Shown here: positions 23,811 through 37,695 of the stretch, in pieces
Layout: every line of letters starts with the position of its first letter
How positions within the stretch are numbered: position 1 is the first letter of the stretch
DNA from: Centroscyllium fabricii
Taxonomy: Eukaryota
DNA: 64,000 bases
NCBI GenBank assembly: GCA_051313645.2
Contig: JBNRSN020000039.1
Location: 6,386,001-6,450,000, forward strand
Reading direction: 5' to 3'
Notes under the pieces: model-generated
The model's input: only the letters and a program-made list of their open reading frames with translations
Databases searched by the model: none
Told to the model about the DNA's origin: nothing
Made by a program: the position numbers and the translations under genes

Positions 23811-24035
23811 CCTGAACCCTGTTGAATAAGATCCTTTGCATGGTTTCTGTGCGCGCACAAGTTCAGTTTTATATATATTTGACTACACCTAATTTGTTAA
23901 TCATTAATCAATTCCGCTCAACTGCTAATCAGTATTTTGTTTACCGTCAGAACGCATCCTTGACTTTGCTCCTGATTCTGTTTAATTTTCCTTCTGATTC
24001 GTCAGGTTCCTCATTCCTCTCGGCTATTGTCCATC

Positions 24036-24261
24036 TCTGGTAAATAATGAATCTGTCTATACAGAACATGTCTGGCCATGCCTCAGCTGGCTCCGCCCCT
24101 GACTCCACTCAAAGCTCAGGTATGAAGGTGATTGACCTCCTGTGCCCCTGGCTTTAATGATCGGTGTTCCAGCAGGGGCATGCTCCTTTTCTGTTGTTAA
24201 TAAAATACTACTTGTTATAAGTTTAACTCATAGACTTTTGGGAGTTATTGATTGCACAGCA
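24036..24261 (+). mobile_element. Solo LTR at the same site as 7114-7339
   Basis: Same sequence, same position in the unit, same CCATC TSD (24031-24035 and 24262-24266). Confidence 0.8.
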
Positions 24262-24924
24262 CCATCTAAAAACTCTCTCAGACTCGTGGATCTGAATAGG
24301 CTCCTCTAAGCATAATCCACAACGTTGAATATACCTATGTCCCCGTGACGCTGTCCAGTGTGGAATCATAACAATCTGTGTTGGTGCTGCCTGGAGCATG
24401 GATTCGTGCCGAGAAGACCACCACCCCCCCCACCCCCACGCTGCTTGCAGCTCGTACTCTCTTGTATTCTTAACATTGACCCTTTTCTTTTTAGTCTTCC
24501 TGCCTTTTGTTTTTGCTGACATGTCTTCCCTTATAGTGGCAATTCCCTCGCTATCCTGGTTACTGGGATTAATGATCCTTCTGTCTTTATACACATTTCA
24601 TTCCTTTTGCTTCCGTGTAGCTCTCGTACTCCTGGGTTATTTGTATTATTCCTTTATCCTGACTTATTGTTATTACTCAATTCTCCTGTTTCTGGTTATG
24701 AAACATCATTCATTCTTCTTATTACTCACCCTTGTTTTTTCATTATGACCCCCCCCCCCCCCACCCACCCCGTACATTTTACAGAGAATCACAGGAAAAT
24801 TCTCAAACAAGAAAGAAAATTGTACACATGGCGAATGTTGCACTTTATTCTCATCTCTATCAGTAGAACTGGTCCCTTGTGCCCACCGGTCCCATATCGG
24901 ATAACCTAATCAGAAATCTATTTC

Positions 24925-25161
24925 TGTGGCGGTACGCCGGCTGGCGAATCTGCCTCGGCAGTACTGCGGGGCATAGCCCCGCCCAACGGGTGACGCGCTG
25001 ACGTCACCACGTCTCTCGGCGTGATGAGGTCAAGAGCGGCGGGTAGTTTAAATAAGCCTGCTCCTCGTGGTTCAGTCTCTTCCTCGTTATGTAGTGTGAT
25101 TAAACAAGAGCTAAATGTCTCTCTGGCTCCTTTGTGGTTATTGGGTCCTGCATGCGCTACA
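24925..25161 (+). mobile_element. Gypsy solo LTR with 4-bp TSD TTTC
   Basis: tgtggcgg...gcgctaca with tttc on both sides; homologous to the LTR at 48963-49201. Confidence 0.9.
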
Positions 25162-26655
25162 TTTCCCTGTTTTTGTGAAAAGCGTTTTGTATATAAGAAG
25201 GAAAAAAATATAAAGAAAGAATGAATGAAAAGAGGAAAGGCTAAAAGAAAGAACATTTAGAAAGGAAAAAAAATAAAGACAGAAAGAAAGAGAACATGCA
25301 AGAAAGAAACAAAGAAAATAAGAATTAAACAAAGAAAGTAGGTAGAAAAGTAAGAAAAAAGTAAGGGAAGAAAGAAATAAGGCAATGACGAATGAATGCA
25401 GGAGGGAAGGAATGAAGGAAGAAGGCATCGCAGAAAGAAAGTAGGAAAGAGTGAATAAAGAAAGGAAGAAAGAAATAAAGAAAAAAAGAATGAGGGGAAG
25501 AAATCAGACAGGAAGTAAGGAATGAATGAAGAAATGAAGAAATGTGAATGACAGAAAGAAAGTAAAAAAAACGAGAAAGATCTAAGGAAAGAAATTAAGA
25601 AAGTTAGATTTTAAATGAAACAAGGAACGAAAGAATGAAAAAACGCCGGAAGGAACGAATGAAGAAAACATGAAAGGACACCCCTGGTGTATTCCTGTGA
25701 TCTTCTAAACTTACTCCAGTCTGGGGTTGCACAGTGTCCTGGGCGGAAATCTTCCTGTGCCCATCTACACCTTCTACAGTCTGAAATTGTACTTTCACCC
25801 TGGCTGGAATCCTCCTGTGGCCCTCAAGATTTTTTCCAACTTGATATTGTACGTTGGACTGTTGGGAATTCGTCTTGTGCCACTCTGGACTTGCTCCAGA
25901 CATAAATTGTGCATTAACCTGTGCTGGAATCATGTAGTGCCACTCTGGAATTTCTCTCGCAAGAAATTGCATATATTCTGATGAATGTATCCTCCGCTGC
26001 CACTCTATACATTCTTTTGCCTGAAATTGTACATTGTCCTGGGCTGGATTCCGGCAATAGCCCTCTGCGCATTCTCCAGTCCGAAATTGTACTTTGTTTG
26101 AGGCTGCAATGTTCTTATTCACCTCTACACATTCTCCAGTCTGAAATTGTACACTGTCACCGTCTGGTGTCCTCCTTTGCCCCTCTGTACTTACTGCAGT
26201 CTGAATTTATCAAGTATCGTCGCCGGAAATTCTCCGTAACCCCTCTAAACTTTCTCACATCTGAAAACGTACATTGTCATCGGATGGATTCGTCATGCTC
26301 CAGTGTAATATTTCTCCTGTGTGAACTTGTACATTGGCATGGGCTGCAGTCCTGCTGTGACTCTCTACAATATCTCCAATCTGAATGTGTACCTTGGCCT
26401 GGGCTGGAATTCTCAGGTGCCCCTCTACTCTTTTTCAGACTTACATTCTATATTGGCCTCGTCTTAAATCCTCTTAAGCCCCTCTAAAAGTTTTCCATTA
26501 TCAAATTCTCCATTGGACTGGGCTAAAATACTGCTTTACCACTCTGTAGTGTCTCCTGTCTGAAATTGTTCAGTGGCCTTGTCTGTAATCCTCCTGGACC
26601 CCTCTAATACTTCTCCAGTCTGGGATTATGAAGCAGCCCCGTCGGTTGCACTCAC

Positions 26656-26701
26656 TGCATCAAAGGCAGATCAGAGCGAGCGAAAGTACAGCTGCCTTAA
26701 T
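26656..26701 (-). pseudogene. Leader exon copy 7, start codon lost (ATT) and nonsense at codon 14
   Basis: ATT AAG GCA GCT GTA CTT TCG ... CTT TGA TGC A|gtgagt; HNF1-like site at 26787. Confidence 0.6.
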
Positions 26702-27396
26702 CCTGGATCCAGTTTAATGATATATTCTGCATGATTATTGTACGTGCACTAGTTCAGCATTATTAATATTTGGCTGCACCTTATCTGTTAATCATTAAAC
26801 AATTCTGCTCAATTGCTGATCATTAATTTGTTTATCGTCATTACTTGCCCTTGACTTTTACACAAGACTTTTACACAAGATTCTGTTATGTTTTCCTCCT
26901 GATTCGTCAGCTTACTCCCTCCCTCGGCTATTGTCCCTCGAAACACCTTTTCATACTCTGGTATCTGAGAAGACTCCTCTAAGTTTAACGTACAATGTTG
27001 AATATTCCTATGTCCATTTGACTCTGTCCAGTTTGGAATCTTATCACTCGGTGTTAGTGCTGCCTAGACCATGGATTCCTACCGTGACGACCACTTCCCC
27101 TCCACCCTGCTTGTAGCTCTCACTCTCATGTATCCTCAACATTACCCTTTTTCTTTTTAGTATTCCTGCCATTTGGTTTTGCTGTTATCTCTTCCCTTCT
27201 ATTGGCTATTCCCTCGCTATCTTGGTTACTGTGATTATTTATCCTTCTGTGTTTAAGCACATTTCCTTCCTCCTGCTTCCGTGTAGACCTCGGCCCCCTG
27301 GGTTTTCGTATTATTACTTTTTCTCCATTTTTTGTTATTACTCCATACTCCTGCTGTGGTTATTGAAAATCCTTCATTATTCGTATTACTCATCCT

Positions 27397-28500
27397 TGGG
27401 TTGGCAGATAGAAAACAGAGAGTTGGAATATACGGCATATTTTCTGAGTGGCAGGCGGTGACTAGTTGGCTACCGCAGGGGTCTGTCCTGGGACCCCAGC
27501 CGTTTACAATATATATTAATGATCTGGAACAGGGAATTGAATGTAATATCTCCAGATTCGCGGATGACACCAAACTAGGAGGGGGTGCGGGCTCTGAAGA
27601 GGGAGTCAGGAAGTTACAGGGTGATTTGGATAACTTGGGGGACTGGGCAGAGAGATGGCAGATGCACTATAATGTGGATAAATGTGAGGTTATCCACTTT
27701 GGGGGCAAAAACAGGAGGGTAGATTATTACTTAAATGGCAATAGATTGGGAGATGGGGAGGTGCAAAGAGAACTGGGTGTTCTTGGGCACCAGTAGCTGA
27801 AGGTGAGCACGCAGGTGCAGCAGGCGGTTAGGAAGGCAAATTGTGTGTTGGCCTTCATATCAAGAGGGTTCGAGTATAGGAATAAGGATACCTTACTGCA
27901 GCTGTACAAGGCACTGGTGAGACCACACCTCGAGTATTGTGTACAGTTCTGGTCGCCTCGCCTGAGGAAGCATGTTCTTGCCATGGAAGGAGTGCAGCGG
28001 CGTTTCACCAGGCTGATTCCTGGAATGGCAGGAATGACCTACGAGGAGAGACTATGCAGTCTGGGCTTGTACTCGTTGGAGTTTAGAAAATTGAGAGGCG
28101 ATCTCATTGAGACGTATACTATTCTGAAAGGTCTGGACAGGTTAGATTCAGAGAGATTGTTTCCAATGGCGGGGGAGTCCAGAACCAGGTGCCACGGTCT
28201 AAGAATAAGGGGTAAACCATTTAGGACAGACATGAGGAAGAATTTCTTCACTCAGAGAGTGGTGGGCCTGTGGAATTCCTTGCCACAGAGGGCGGTGGAG
28301 GCCAGCTCATTAAATATATTCAAGAGGGAATTGGATATATTTCATTCAAGCTAAAGGGATTAAAGGTTATGGAGAAAAGGCGGGGACGGGGTACTAGCTT
28401 GCTAAAGATCAGCCATGATCTCATTGAATGGCGGAGCAGGCTCGAAGGGCTGAATGGCCTACTCCTGCTCCTATCTTCTATGATTCTATGATTCAATGAT
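27397..28500 (+). mobile_element. CR1 LINE 3' fragment (RT)
   Basis: PQGSVLGP..IYINDL..ISRFADDTKLGG, LVRPHLEYCVQFWSP, FFTQRVVGLWNSLP; (attctatg)n tail. Confidence 0.95.
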
Positions 28501-30479
28501 TGTCCTATTCATTATGACGCCACCCATCCCGAAGGTTTTTTTAAACAAAATGACAGGGAAATTACGCATTAATGTTCTCTCTATCAGTAGAGCTGACCCC
28601 ATGTGCTCCCCCGTTCGCATATCAGATATCCTAAACAGAAAGCTATTTCCAAGTGTTTTGAAAACGCTGTTTTTATATAAGAAACAAAAATATACAAAGA
28701 AAGAATGATTCAAAGAGCATTTAGAAAGTAATAACAACGAAAGACAGAAAGAAAGAGAACAAGCAAGAAAAAACCAAATAAAATAAGAAATATAAGAACG
28801 AAAGTAGAAATGAGAGAAAGAAAAAAGTAAGGAAAGAAAAAATGTAAGAAATAATGCAGTGAGGAATTATTGCAAGAAGGAAGGAACGAACGAATAAAGA
28901 AAGGAATAAAGATAGAAAAAAGTAAAGAGAGAAGGAAGGCAACGAAGGATAAAAAAAAGAAAGAGAGAAATAAACAAAAAAGAATGACCGAAAGAAAGAA
29001 CGAAGGAAGAATGTAAGAAAGATCGAAGGGAAGAAAGAAAGAAAACGAAAGAACGAAATAAGGCAGGAATGAAATAATTAAGGAAATTAGAGAAGGATCG
29101 GGCTGGAGTCCTCCTTTTCAGCTCTACACGTTCTCGAGTCTAAAATAATACATTGGCCTGGGCTGCAATCATCCGGTGCCCCTCTAAACATTCTGCAGTC
29201 TGAAATTGTACATTGTCCAGGGCTGCAATCATCCTGTGCCCCTCTGCACATTTTACAGTCTGAAATTGAACATTGGCCAGGGCTGCTGTCATCCTTTGCC
29301 CCTCTCAACATTCTCCAGTGTGAAATTGTACATAGTCCTTGGCTATAATCGTCCTGTGCCCCTCTGCACAGTTTACAGTCTGAAATTGTATATTGTCCTG
29401 GTCTGACGTCCTCTTGTGCCCCTCTACTCTTTCTCCAGTCTGATATTGTGCATGGTCCTGGGCTGGATTCTTCCCCTGACCCTCTAAACTTGCTCCAGTT
29501 TAAAACTGTATATTGCCTGGGCTAGAAACCTCTTGTGCTACTCTGGAATTTCTCCAGACTGAAATTGTAATTTTTCCTGTGCTGGAATCATCTTGTCCCA
29601 CTATGGTATTTATCTAGCCCCAAAGTGTACATTTTCCTCCACGGCACCTCTATAAATTCTCTTGCCTGAAATTGTACATTGGCCTGGGCTGGTATCCTCC
29701 TTAACTTCTCTGCACAGTCTCCAGTCTGAAAGTGTACATATGCTGGACTGGAATACTCCTGTGCACCTCTACATTTTCTCCAGTCTGAAATCTAACCTTG
29801 ACATGAGCTGGAGTTGTCCTGAGCACCTTTCCCTTACGGCAATATCAAATTATATATTAGTCTTGGCTGCAATTCTCCTATGCCCCTCTTTCCTTATCTC
29901 CCGTCTGAAATTGGACTTTGTGCAGGGCTGGAATACTCATGTTGACCTGTACACGTTCTCCAGCCTGAAATCATACATTGTGACGATATGCAGTCCTTCT
30001 GACCCCCTCTATACTTACAGCAGTCTGAAGTTATAAATTGGCCTCGGCTCAAATTCTCCTTTACCCCTCTACACTTTCTCATATATTAAATTGTACATTG
30101 TTCTGGGATGGATTCGCCATGCGGCCCTGTAACATTTCTCCTGTCTGCAAGTGTACATTGGCCTGGGTTCGAATCCTCCTGTAACCCTCGACAGTTTCTC
30201 CAATCTGAAATTGTACATCGGATGGGCTCGATTCCCCCTGTGCCCCTCTACTGTTTCTCCATTATCAAATTGTACATTGGCTTCGCCTATAATCTTCCTC
30301 TGTCCCTCTAAACATTCTCCATTCTGAACTGCTTCATATGGCAGGGCTGGAAACGTGTTGTTTTCCTCCAAACCCTCTCGAGTCTGAAATTGTTAATTGG
30401 CCTTGGCTGGAATCATCCAGTGCCCCTCTACTCTTTCCCCAGTCTGCGATTGTGAACCAGCCCCGTCGGTTGTACTCAA

Positions 30480-30525
30480 CAGATTGAAGACTGATCAGAG
30501 TGAGCGCAAGTGAAGGTCACTTCAT
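30480..30525 (-). pseudogene. Leader exon copy 8, disrupted
   Basis: ATG AAG TGA; donor mutated to ttgagt. Confidence 0.55.
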
Positions 30526-30610
30526 CCTGGATCCAGTTGAATGATATCGTCTACATGGTTTCTGTGCGTACACTGAATCAGCTTTAGCAATATGTGGCTG
30601 CACCCAATTT

Positions 30611-30623
30611 GTTAATCATTAAC
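30611..30623. promoter_or_regulatory. Perfect HNF1 palindrome GTTAATCATTAAC
   Basis: Matches GTTAATNATTAAC; 86 nt from the leader ATG at 30525. Confidence 0.6.
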
Positions 30624-33064
30624 CGATTCTCTCATTTGCTAATCATGAGTTTGTTTACCATCAGAACCAGCCCTTGACTTTTGTTCCTGGTTCTGTTTAT
30701 TTTTTTCCACCTGATTTGTCAGGTTACTCCTTTCCTCTCGGCTATTGCCCATCAAACCCCTTTCTCATACTGTGGTATCTGGGAAGTGTCCTCTAATCGT
30801 ATCACACAAAGCTGAATATTCTCATGGCTCTGTGACGCTGTCCAGTGTGGAATCATAACACTCTGTATTATTGCTGCCCGAGTATTTGTACCCTGGCGAC
30901 CACTCCACCCGGCTTGAAGGTCTTACTATCTTGTATTTTTAACATTCCCCCTTTTCTTTTTAGTATTCCTGCCTTTTCTTTTGCTGACATGTCTTCACTT
31001 ATAATGGCCATTCCCAAGATATCATGTTTACTGGGATTATTCAAATTTATGTAATTCAACACATTTCCTTCCTCCTGTTTCAGGGAAGACTCGGCCTCCT
31101 GCGTTCTTAATATTATTCATTTATGTTGGTGTGTTATTATTACTCAATTCTCCTGTCTGTAGCTATAAAACTTCCTTTATTCTTTTTACTCATTCACGTC
31201 ATTTTCATTAAGACGCCACCCACCCCGTAGTTTATTACACAGAATCTCATGGAAATTATTCAAACGCGAAAGACAATTGAATCCACAATGAGTGTTGCTC
31301 ATCATTCTCCTCCCTATCAGTAGAGCTGATACAATGTGCCCCCAATTTCACATATTACATACACTAATCATAAGTTATTTCCCTGTTTATAGTATGAATA
31401 TAAGAAGCAATGAATAAAAGAAAGATCATTTAGAAAGGAATCAAACCGAAAGACAGAAACAGAGAACAAGTTATAAAATAAAAAATGGAAGAAAGAAACA
31501 TGAAACTAAGGAGCAAAGAAAGAACGTAGGAAGGATACAAATAAAAATGTAAAGAAAGAAAGCAAGGTATAAAGAATAAGGCAGTGAGGAATGAATGCAG
31601 GAAGGGAGGTTCGAATGAATAAAGTAATATAGTAGGAATGCGAGAAGGCAAGAAAGGAGGTAAGAATGAATGAAAGAACGGAAGAAAGAAAGAGAGAAAT
31701 AGAAGGAACGATGGAAATAAACCAGACAAGGAAGTAAAGAATGAATGAAACAAGAAAGGACAGGACTGGCGTCCTCCTGTGCACCCCTACACTTACTGCA
31801 GTCTGAAATTGTACATTGGCCTAGATTAGAATCCTCCTGTGCCCCTGTACAGATTCGCCAGCCTGAATTTGTAAATTGGCCTTGGCTCGAGTCCTCCTGT
31901 GCAACGCTACACTTACTGCAGTCTGAAATTACACATTGGTCTGCACTGGCATGCTGTGCCCATCTACAACTTCTCCAGTATGAATTTGTACATTGACCTG
32001 AGCTGGAACTTTCCTTTCTCCAGTCTTAAATTGTAATGTGATTGTTCTTGACTACTCCTGTGCCCATCTACACTTGCTGCATTCTGAAACTGTACGCTGT
32101 CCAGGGCTGGACACCCCCTTGCGCCCCTCTTCAATTTCTCCTGTCGGAAATTGTAAAGTGGCATCAGCTGGAATCCTCCTGTGCACCTCTACACTTTCTC
32201 AATTCTGAAATTCTATATTAGCCTGGGCTGGCAACCTATTGTTCCACTCTGGACAATCTCCAGACTGAAAGTTTACATGTTCCGGTGGTGGAATACTCTG
32301 CTACCCCTCTATACGTTCTCCTGTCTAAAATTGTACATTGGCCTGTGCTGAAGTCCTCCTGTGCACCTCTACAATCACTGCAGTCTGAAATTGTGCATTG
32401 GCTTAGACTGTCATTCTACATTTCGCTCTAAATGATCTCTGGTCTGAAATTGTACATTGGCCTTAGCTATAATCCTCCTGTGCCCCTCTGCACTTTCCCC
32501 AGTCTGAAATTCTACATGGTTGTGGGCTGGCATCCTCTTCCGCCCCTATACACTTTATCCAGTCCGAAACTGTACGTTGTCCTCAGCTGGAATACTCCTG
32601 TGCCACTCTACACTTACTCCAGTCTGCAATTCTACTTTGGCCTGGGCTGGAATACTCCTACATAAGAACATAACAAATAGCAGCAGAAGTAGGCCAATCG
32701 GCCCCTCGAGCCTGCTCCACCATTCACAAGATGATCGCTCATCTTATCATAACCTGAAATCTACTTGCACTCTCCATCCCACCCGTATGCATGTGATCTC
32801 CCGGGAGAGGCGAAACGGCAGAAAAATAAACGAATGGCAAATGTGGGAGAAAAAATCTGGGGAGCTCATTTCCGACCCCTCTTGGCGATCGAAACTCGTC
32901 CAGAAGTTCACATGGCCGATCTAAACCTAGCCTTAAATCCACTTTCCTGACGGCTCACCGTAATCGCTAATGCCCTTTACATCGAGAAAGATGTCTCTGC
33001 TTGAAATGCATTCAATTAGTAGTTTCCACAGCTGTCTGGGGCAGCAAATTCCATAGACCTGCCA

Positions 33065-33875
33065 ATTCAATTCAATTGAATTAGTATTGTCATTGCAGAG
33101 TACGAGTACAATACAATGAGACGAAGACTCTTCGCTCCCGAGTGTAGTGCAAATAAATTACATGCAATTGCATACATTAAAGTACATTTTCAGGTGTGCA
33201 GGTACCGGAGTTTTTTGGTAGCATTCAGGAGGCTGACAGCCCTGGCGAAGAAGCTATTCTTGCGTCTAGTCGCGCGGGTGCAAATTCATCTGTAGCGTCT
33301 CCCGGAGGGCAGGGGGCGTACAGACTGTGGCTGGGGTGTTTGTGGTCTTTAATAATTCTCAGATAACTCAGTAGGCAGCGTTTGAGCTAGCTGCTATCAA
33401 TTGACGGTAGCTGGGTACCGGTGATTCGTTGGGCAGTTTTGACTACCCGCTGCAAGTTCTTCCGGTTCGAGATGGTACAATTTCCATACCAGACTGTGGT
33501 GCAGCTTGTCACTATGCTTTCGATTGTGCAGCGGTAGAATTTGGAGAGGATGCCGGATGACAGCTTGGATTTTTTCAGCTTCCTTAGGATGTACAGGCAC
33601 AGTTGGGCCTTCTTAACCAGAGAGGAGGTGTTTATTGACCAGGAGATGTCTTCCGAGATGTGGACCCCGAGGAACATAAAGCTGGACACCCTTTCCACCT
33701 GAGCCCCTTGGATGATGATGGGTGTGTGTCTTCTGCTTGCAGTACTCCGGAAGTCCATTATGATCTCCTTAGTTTTCTTGGTGTTCAGTGCCAGGTTGTT
33801 GTCCGCACACCATCGGACAAGGCGCTGGATCTCATTCCTGTAGGCTGACTCACCGTTTTTTCTGATCTGGCCAAA
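33065..33875 (-). mobile_element. Rex1/Babar 3' fragment nested in CR1
   Basis: ESAYRNEIQRLVRWCADNNLALNTKKTKEI; (ttgaa)n tail at ~33065. Confidence 0.9.
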
Positions 33876-34567
33876 CACGTTCTGTGTGAACAAATGTCTC
33901 TTCATCTCAGTTTTGAATTGGAAGCCCATTATTTTCAGATTATGCCCCTAGTCCAAGTTCAATGCATCATTGGAAACATCCACAGCGCATCCATCCGATC
34001 ATGACCCTTCACCATCCTATATGTTTCAATATGTTCGCCTCTCATTCTTCTGAACTCAAGCGAGTAGCGGCCCAATCTAGGAATCCACTTCTTACACGTC
34101 AGCCGCCTCTACCACGGTATTAACCAGGTGAAAATTATTTTTACTGCATCGAGCGCAAGTATGTCTTTTTAAAATATTGACAACAGAACTGTAGCAGTAT
34201 TCAAGGTGTGGTCTCACCAATACGCTGTACAACTGCAGCAAGACCCACATTTGTTTATACTCCATCCCATTAGCAATAAAAGCCAACAATCCATTGAGCT
34301 TCCTGATCACCTGCTGCACCTGCATACTAACGTTTTGTGTTTCCTGCACCAGGACACCCATATCCCTTTGCCATTTGAGTACTTTCTAGTTTCTTTCCAT
34401 TAAGATAATTGCTCGCCCTTTTATTTTTCCAGCCAAAGTGCATAACCTCACACTTGTCAGTGTTATATTCCAGCTGCCAAATGTCTGCCCACGCACTTAA
34501 CCTATCTAAGTCCTTTTGCAGGTTTTCAATGACCTCCTTACTCAATACTCTCCCTCCCATATTTGTA

Positions 34568-34902
34568 TCATCTACCTCAAACGCTGCTTACGGAGGTCTC
34601 AGAACATTATTAAAGACCCCACACACCACAGCCACAGTCTGTTCGCCCCCCTGCCCTCCGGGAGACGCTACAGATCAATTCGCACCCGCACAACTAGATT
34701 TCGGAACAGCTTCTTCCAAAGGGCTGTCAGCCTCCTGAACTCTAAAAAGAAACTCCGGTACCTGCATGCCTGATAATGTACTTTTCTGTATGCAATTTGC
34801 ATGTCATTTATTTATTTGCACTACTCTCGGGAGAGTCGAGTCTTCGTCTCGTTGTATTGTACTAGTACTCTGCAATGACAATAAAACTTGAATTGAATTG
34901 AA
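34568..34902 (+). mobile_element. Rex1/Babar short 3' fragment nested in CR1
   Basis: IIKDPTHHSHSLFAPLPSGRRYRSIRTRTTRFRNSFF plus (ttgaa)n tail. Confidence 0.9.
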
Positions 34903-35665
34903 AACGTTGATATGTTGCACTTGGTCCCTTCGTCCAAATCGTTAATACAGATTGTTAAAAGTTGGGGTCCCAACACCGACCGTTTCGGAACACCACTAGA
35001 TACTAATTGCCAGACTGAGAATGAACCATTTATCGCAACTTTCTGATTTATGTTAGAAAGCCAATCTTACACACATGCCAGAATATTACCCCCAATCCCG
35101 TGATTATTTATCTTCAGCAATAATGATTTGTGTGGCACCTTGTCAAATGTCTGTTGGAAATACAAATACTGTACTCCCACTGTTTCCACTTTCTCCACCT
35201 GTACGTTACGTCCTCAAAAACAATAGCAAATTTGCCAAACATGACTTCCCCTTTGTAAAACCATGCTGACTTTGCCCTATTAATTATGTTTATCCAAAGG
35301 CCCTGTTACTGGTTCCTTATTAATGGACTCTAACATTTTGCAAACCACAGATGTTTGGCTAACTGTGCTATAGTTTCCAGCCTTCTGTCTACTACCCTTC
35401 CTGTGCATGTTTTCTGTGCACGCACTAGCTCAGCTTTAGTGATATTTGGCTGCACCTCATTTTTTAATCATTAACCAATTCCGCTCAATTGCTAATCATT
35501 AGTTTATGTAACGACATAACCTGCCCTTGACTTGTACTCATTTGTTCTGTTTATCATTTCTCCTGATTACATAGATACATACATAGAAAATAGGTGCAGG
35601 AGTAGACCATTCGGCCCTTCCAGCCTGCATTCTGCCCTTCGAGCATTCAACACGTTCATGGCTGA

Positions 35666-36067
35666 ACATAGAAATATAGAAACTAGGAGCAGGAGGAGGC
35701 CATTCGGCCCTTCGAGCCTGCTCCGCCATTTAATGAGATCATGGCTGATCATCCAAATCCAGCATCCCTCCCCTGCCCCCTCCCCACATCCCTCGGTCCC
35801 CACCGAACCTGCATCAACACATATCCCAGCCTATCCCCGTAAACCCACATATTCAATCCCCCTAACACTAAGGGTCAATTTATCCTGGCCAATCAACCTA
35901 ACCCGCACATCTTTGCCTGTGGGAGGAAAACGGAGCACCCGGAGGAAACCCACGCAGACACGGGGAGAATGTGCAAACTCCACACAGATAGTACCCGAGG
36001 CTGGATTTGAACCCGGGTCTCCAGTGCTGTGAGGCAACAATGCTAACCACTGTGCCACCGTGCCGCC
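35666..36067 (-). mobile_element. HE1/V-SINE-type tRNA-derived SINE with CR1-like tail
   Basis: Head ggcacggtggcacagtggttagc (A box), ggttcaaatcc (B box), V-domain tgtgtggagtttgcacattctccccgtgtctgcgtgggtttcctccgg, CR1 3' end. Confidence 0.9.
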
Positions 36068-36805
36068 ACATCAGTACACCATTCCTGCTTTCTCGCCATA
36101 TCCCTTGATCCCCTAGTTGTAAGTATTACATCTAACTCCCTTTTGAATATATTTAGTGAACTGGCCTCAACAACTTTCTGTGGTAGAGAATTCCACAGGT
36201 TCACCACTCTCTGGGTGAAGAAGTTTCTCCTCATCTCGGTCCTAAATGGCTTACCCCTTATCCTTAGACTGTCCCCCCTGGTTCTGGACTTCCCCAACAA
36301 TTGGAACATGCTGCCCGCATCTAACCTGTCTAAACCCGTCAGTATTTTAAACGTTTCTATGAGATCCCCCCTCATTCTTCTGAACTCCAGAGAGTACAAG
36401 TTCAGTTGATCCAGTCTTTCTTGATATGTCAGTCCGGCCATCCCGGGAATCAATCTAGTAAACCTTCGCTGCACTCCCTCAATAGCAAGAATGTCCTTCC
36501 TCAAGTTAGGAGACCAAAACTGCACACAATACTCCAAGTGTGGCCTCACCAAGGCCCTGTACAACTGTAGCAACACCTCCATACTCCTGTACTCAAATCC
36601 CCTCGCCATGAAGGCCAACATGCCATTTGCTTTCTTGATTGCCTGCTGTACCTACATTTCCACCTTCAGTGACATGTACCATGACGCCCAGGTCTCGTTG
36701 CACCTCCCCTTTCCCTAATCTGTCACCATTCAGCTAATAGACTGTCTCTCTATTTTTACCGCCAAAGTGGATAACCTCACATTTATCCACATTGTACGTC
36801 ATCTG
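36068..36805 (-). mobile_element. CR1 LINE 3' fragment
   Basis: 192-aa ORF LYRALVRPHLEYCVQFWSP..FFTQRVVNLWNSLP; a further CR1 tail lies at 35568-35665. Confidence 0.92.
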
Positions 36806-37695
36806 ATTCGTCATGATTCGTCAGCTTACTCCTACCTCTCGGCTATTGTCCATCTAAAGTCCTTCTCACACTCCGGGATCTGAGAATAATCCTTTATGGG
36901 TAACGCACAACGTTGAATATTCCTATGTACCCGTGGCTCTGTCCAGTTTGGAATCATAACATGCCTTGTTAGAGCTGCCTAGAGCTTGGATTCGTACCGT
37001 GAAGACCACTCCCCCTCCACCCTGCTTGTAGCTTTTACTCTCATTTATTCTTAACATTCCCCGTTTTCTTTTTAATATTCCTGCCTTGTGGTTTTGCTGA
37101 CTTGTCTTCACTCATACTGTCCATTCCCTCACTATCCTGGTAACTGGGATTATTCTTCCTTTCTGTGTTTCAACACATGCCCTTTCTCGTGCTTACGTGT
37201 AGATCTCGGGATCCTGGGTCCTTCGTATTATTACTTTATCTTGGTTTCTTGCTGTTACTCATTTCTCCTGTCTGTGTCTATAAAACTTCCTTCATTCTTC
37301 TTATTGCTCACCCGCATCTTTTTCAATTTGGCCCCTACCCAATCCGTAGGTTTTTACACAGAATCACACGGAAATTACAATGAAGGCGCATGGAGCGGGC
37401 TGTGGTAGGCCCCTGGCCTCAGACCCGATGTTTGAAACTTAGACTTGAAATTACACAAAGGGGAAAGACAATTCAATGCACAGTGAGAGGTGCTCATTAT
37501 TCTCCCGTCTATCAATAGAACTGATGCCAAGCCCCCCACCCCCGTTCCCATATATATTCTCCTGGTCAGAAATCTCATCCCTCTTTTTGTAGAAGCTGTT
37601 TGGATATAAGAAAGAAAAGGTATAAAGAAAGATTATAAGAAAGAGCATAAAAAGAATAAAACCGAAAGACGGAAAGAAAGAGAACAAGCAATAAT

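Larger units (their letters stand above)
32661..35400 (-). mobile_element. Degraded CR1 LINE with two nested Rex1 insertions; occupies the position of the unit 9 leader
   Basis: CR1 tail at 32661; ORF pieces LQKDLDRLSAWADIWQLEYNTDKC and LVRPHLEYC; the unit promoter resumes at ~35402. Confidence 0.85.

Noticed and set aside
35990-36067. tRNA-like A/B boxes (also ~40080-40126 and 40220-40290)
   Set aside because: These are SINE heads attached to a V-domain and CR1 tail; no complete cloverleaf.
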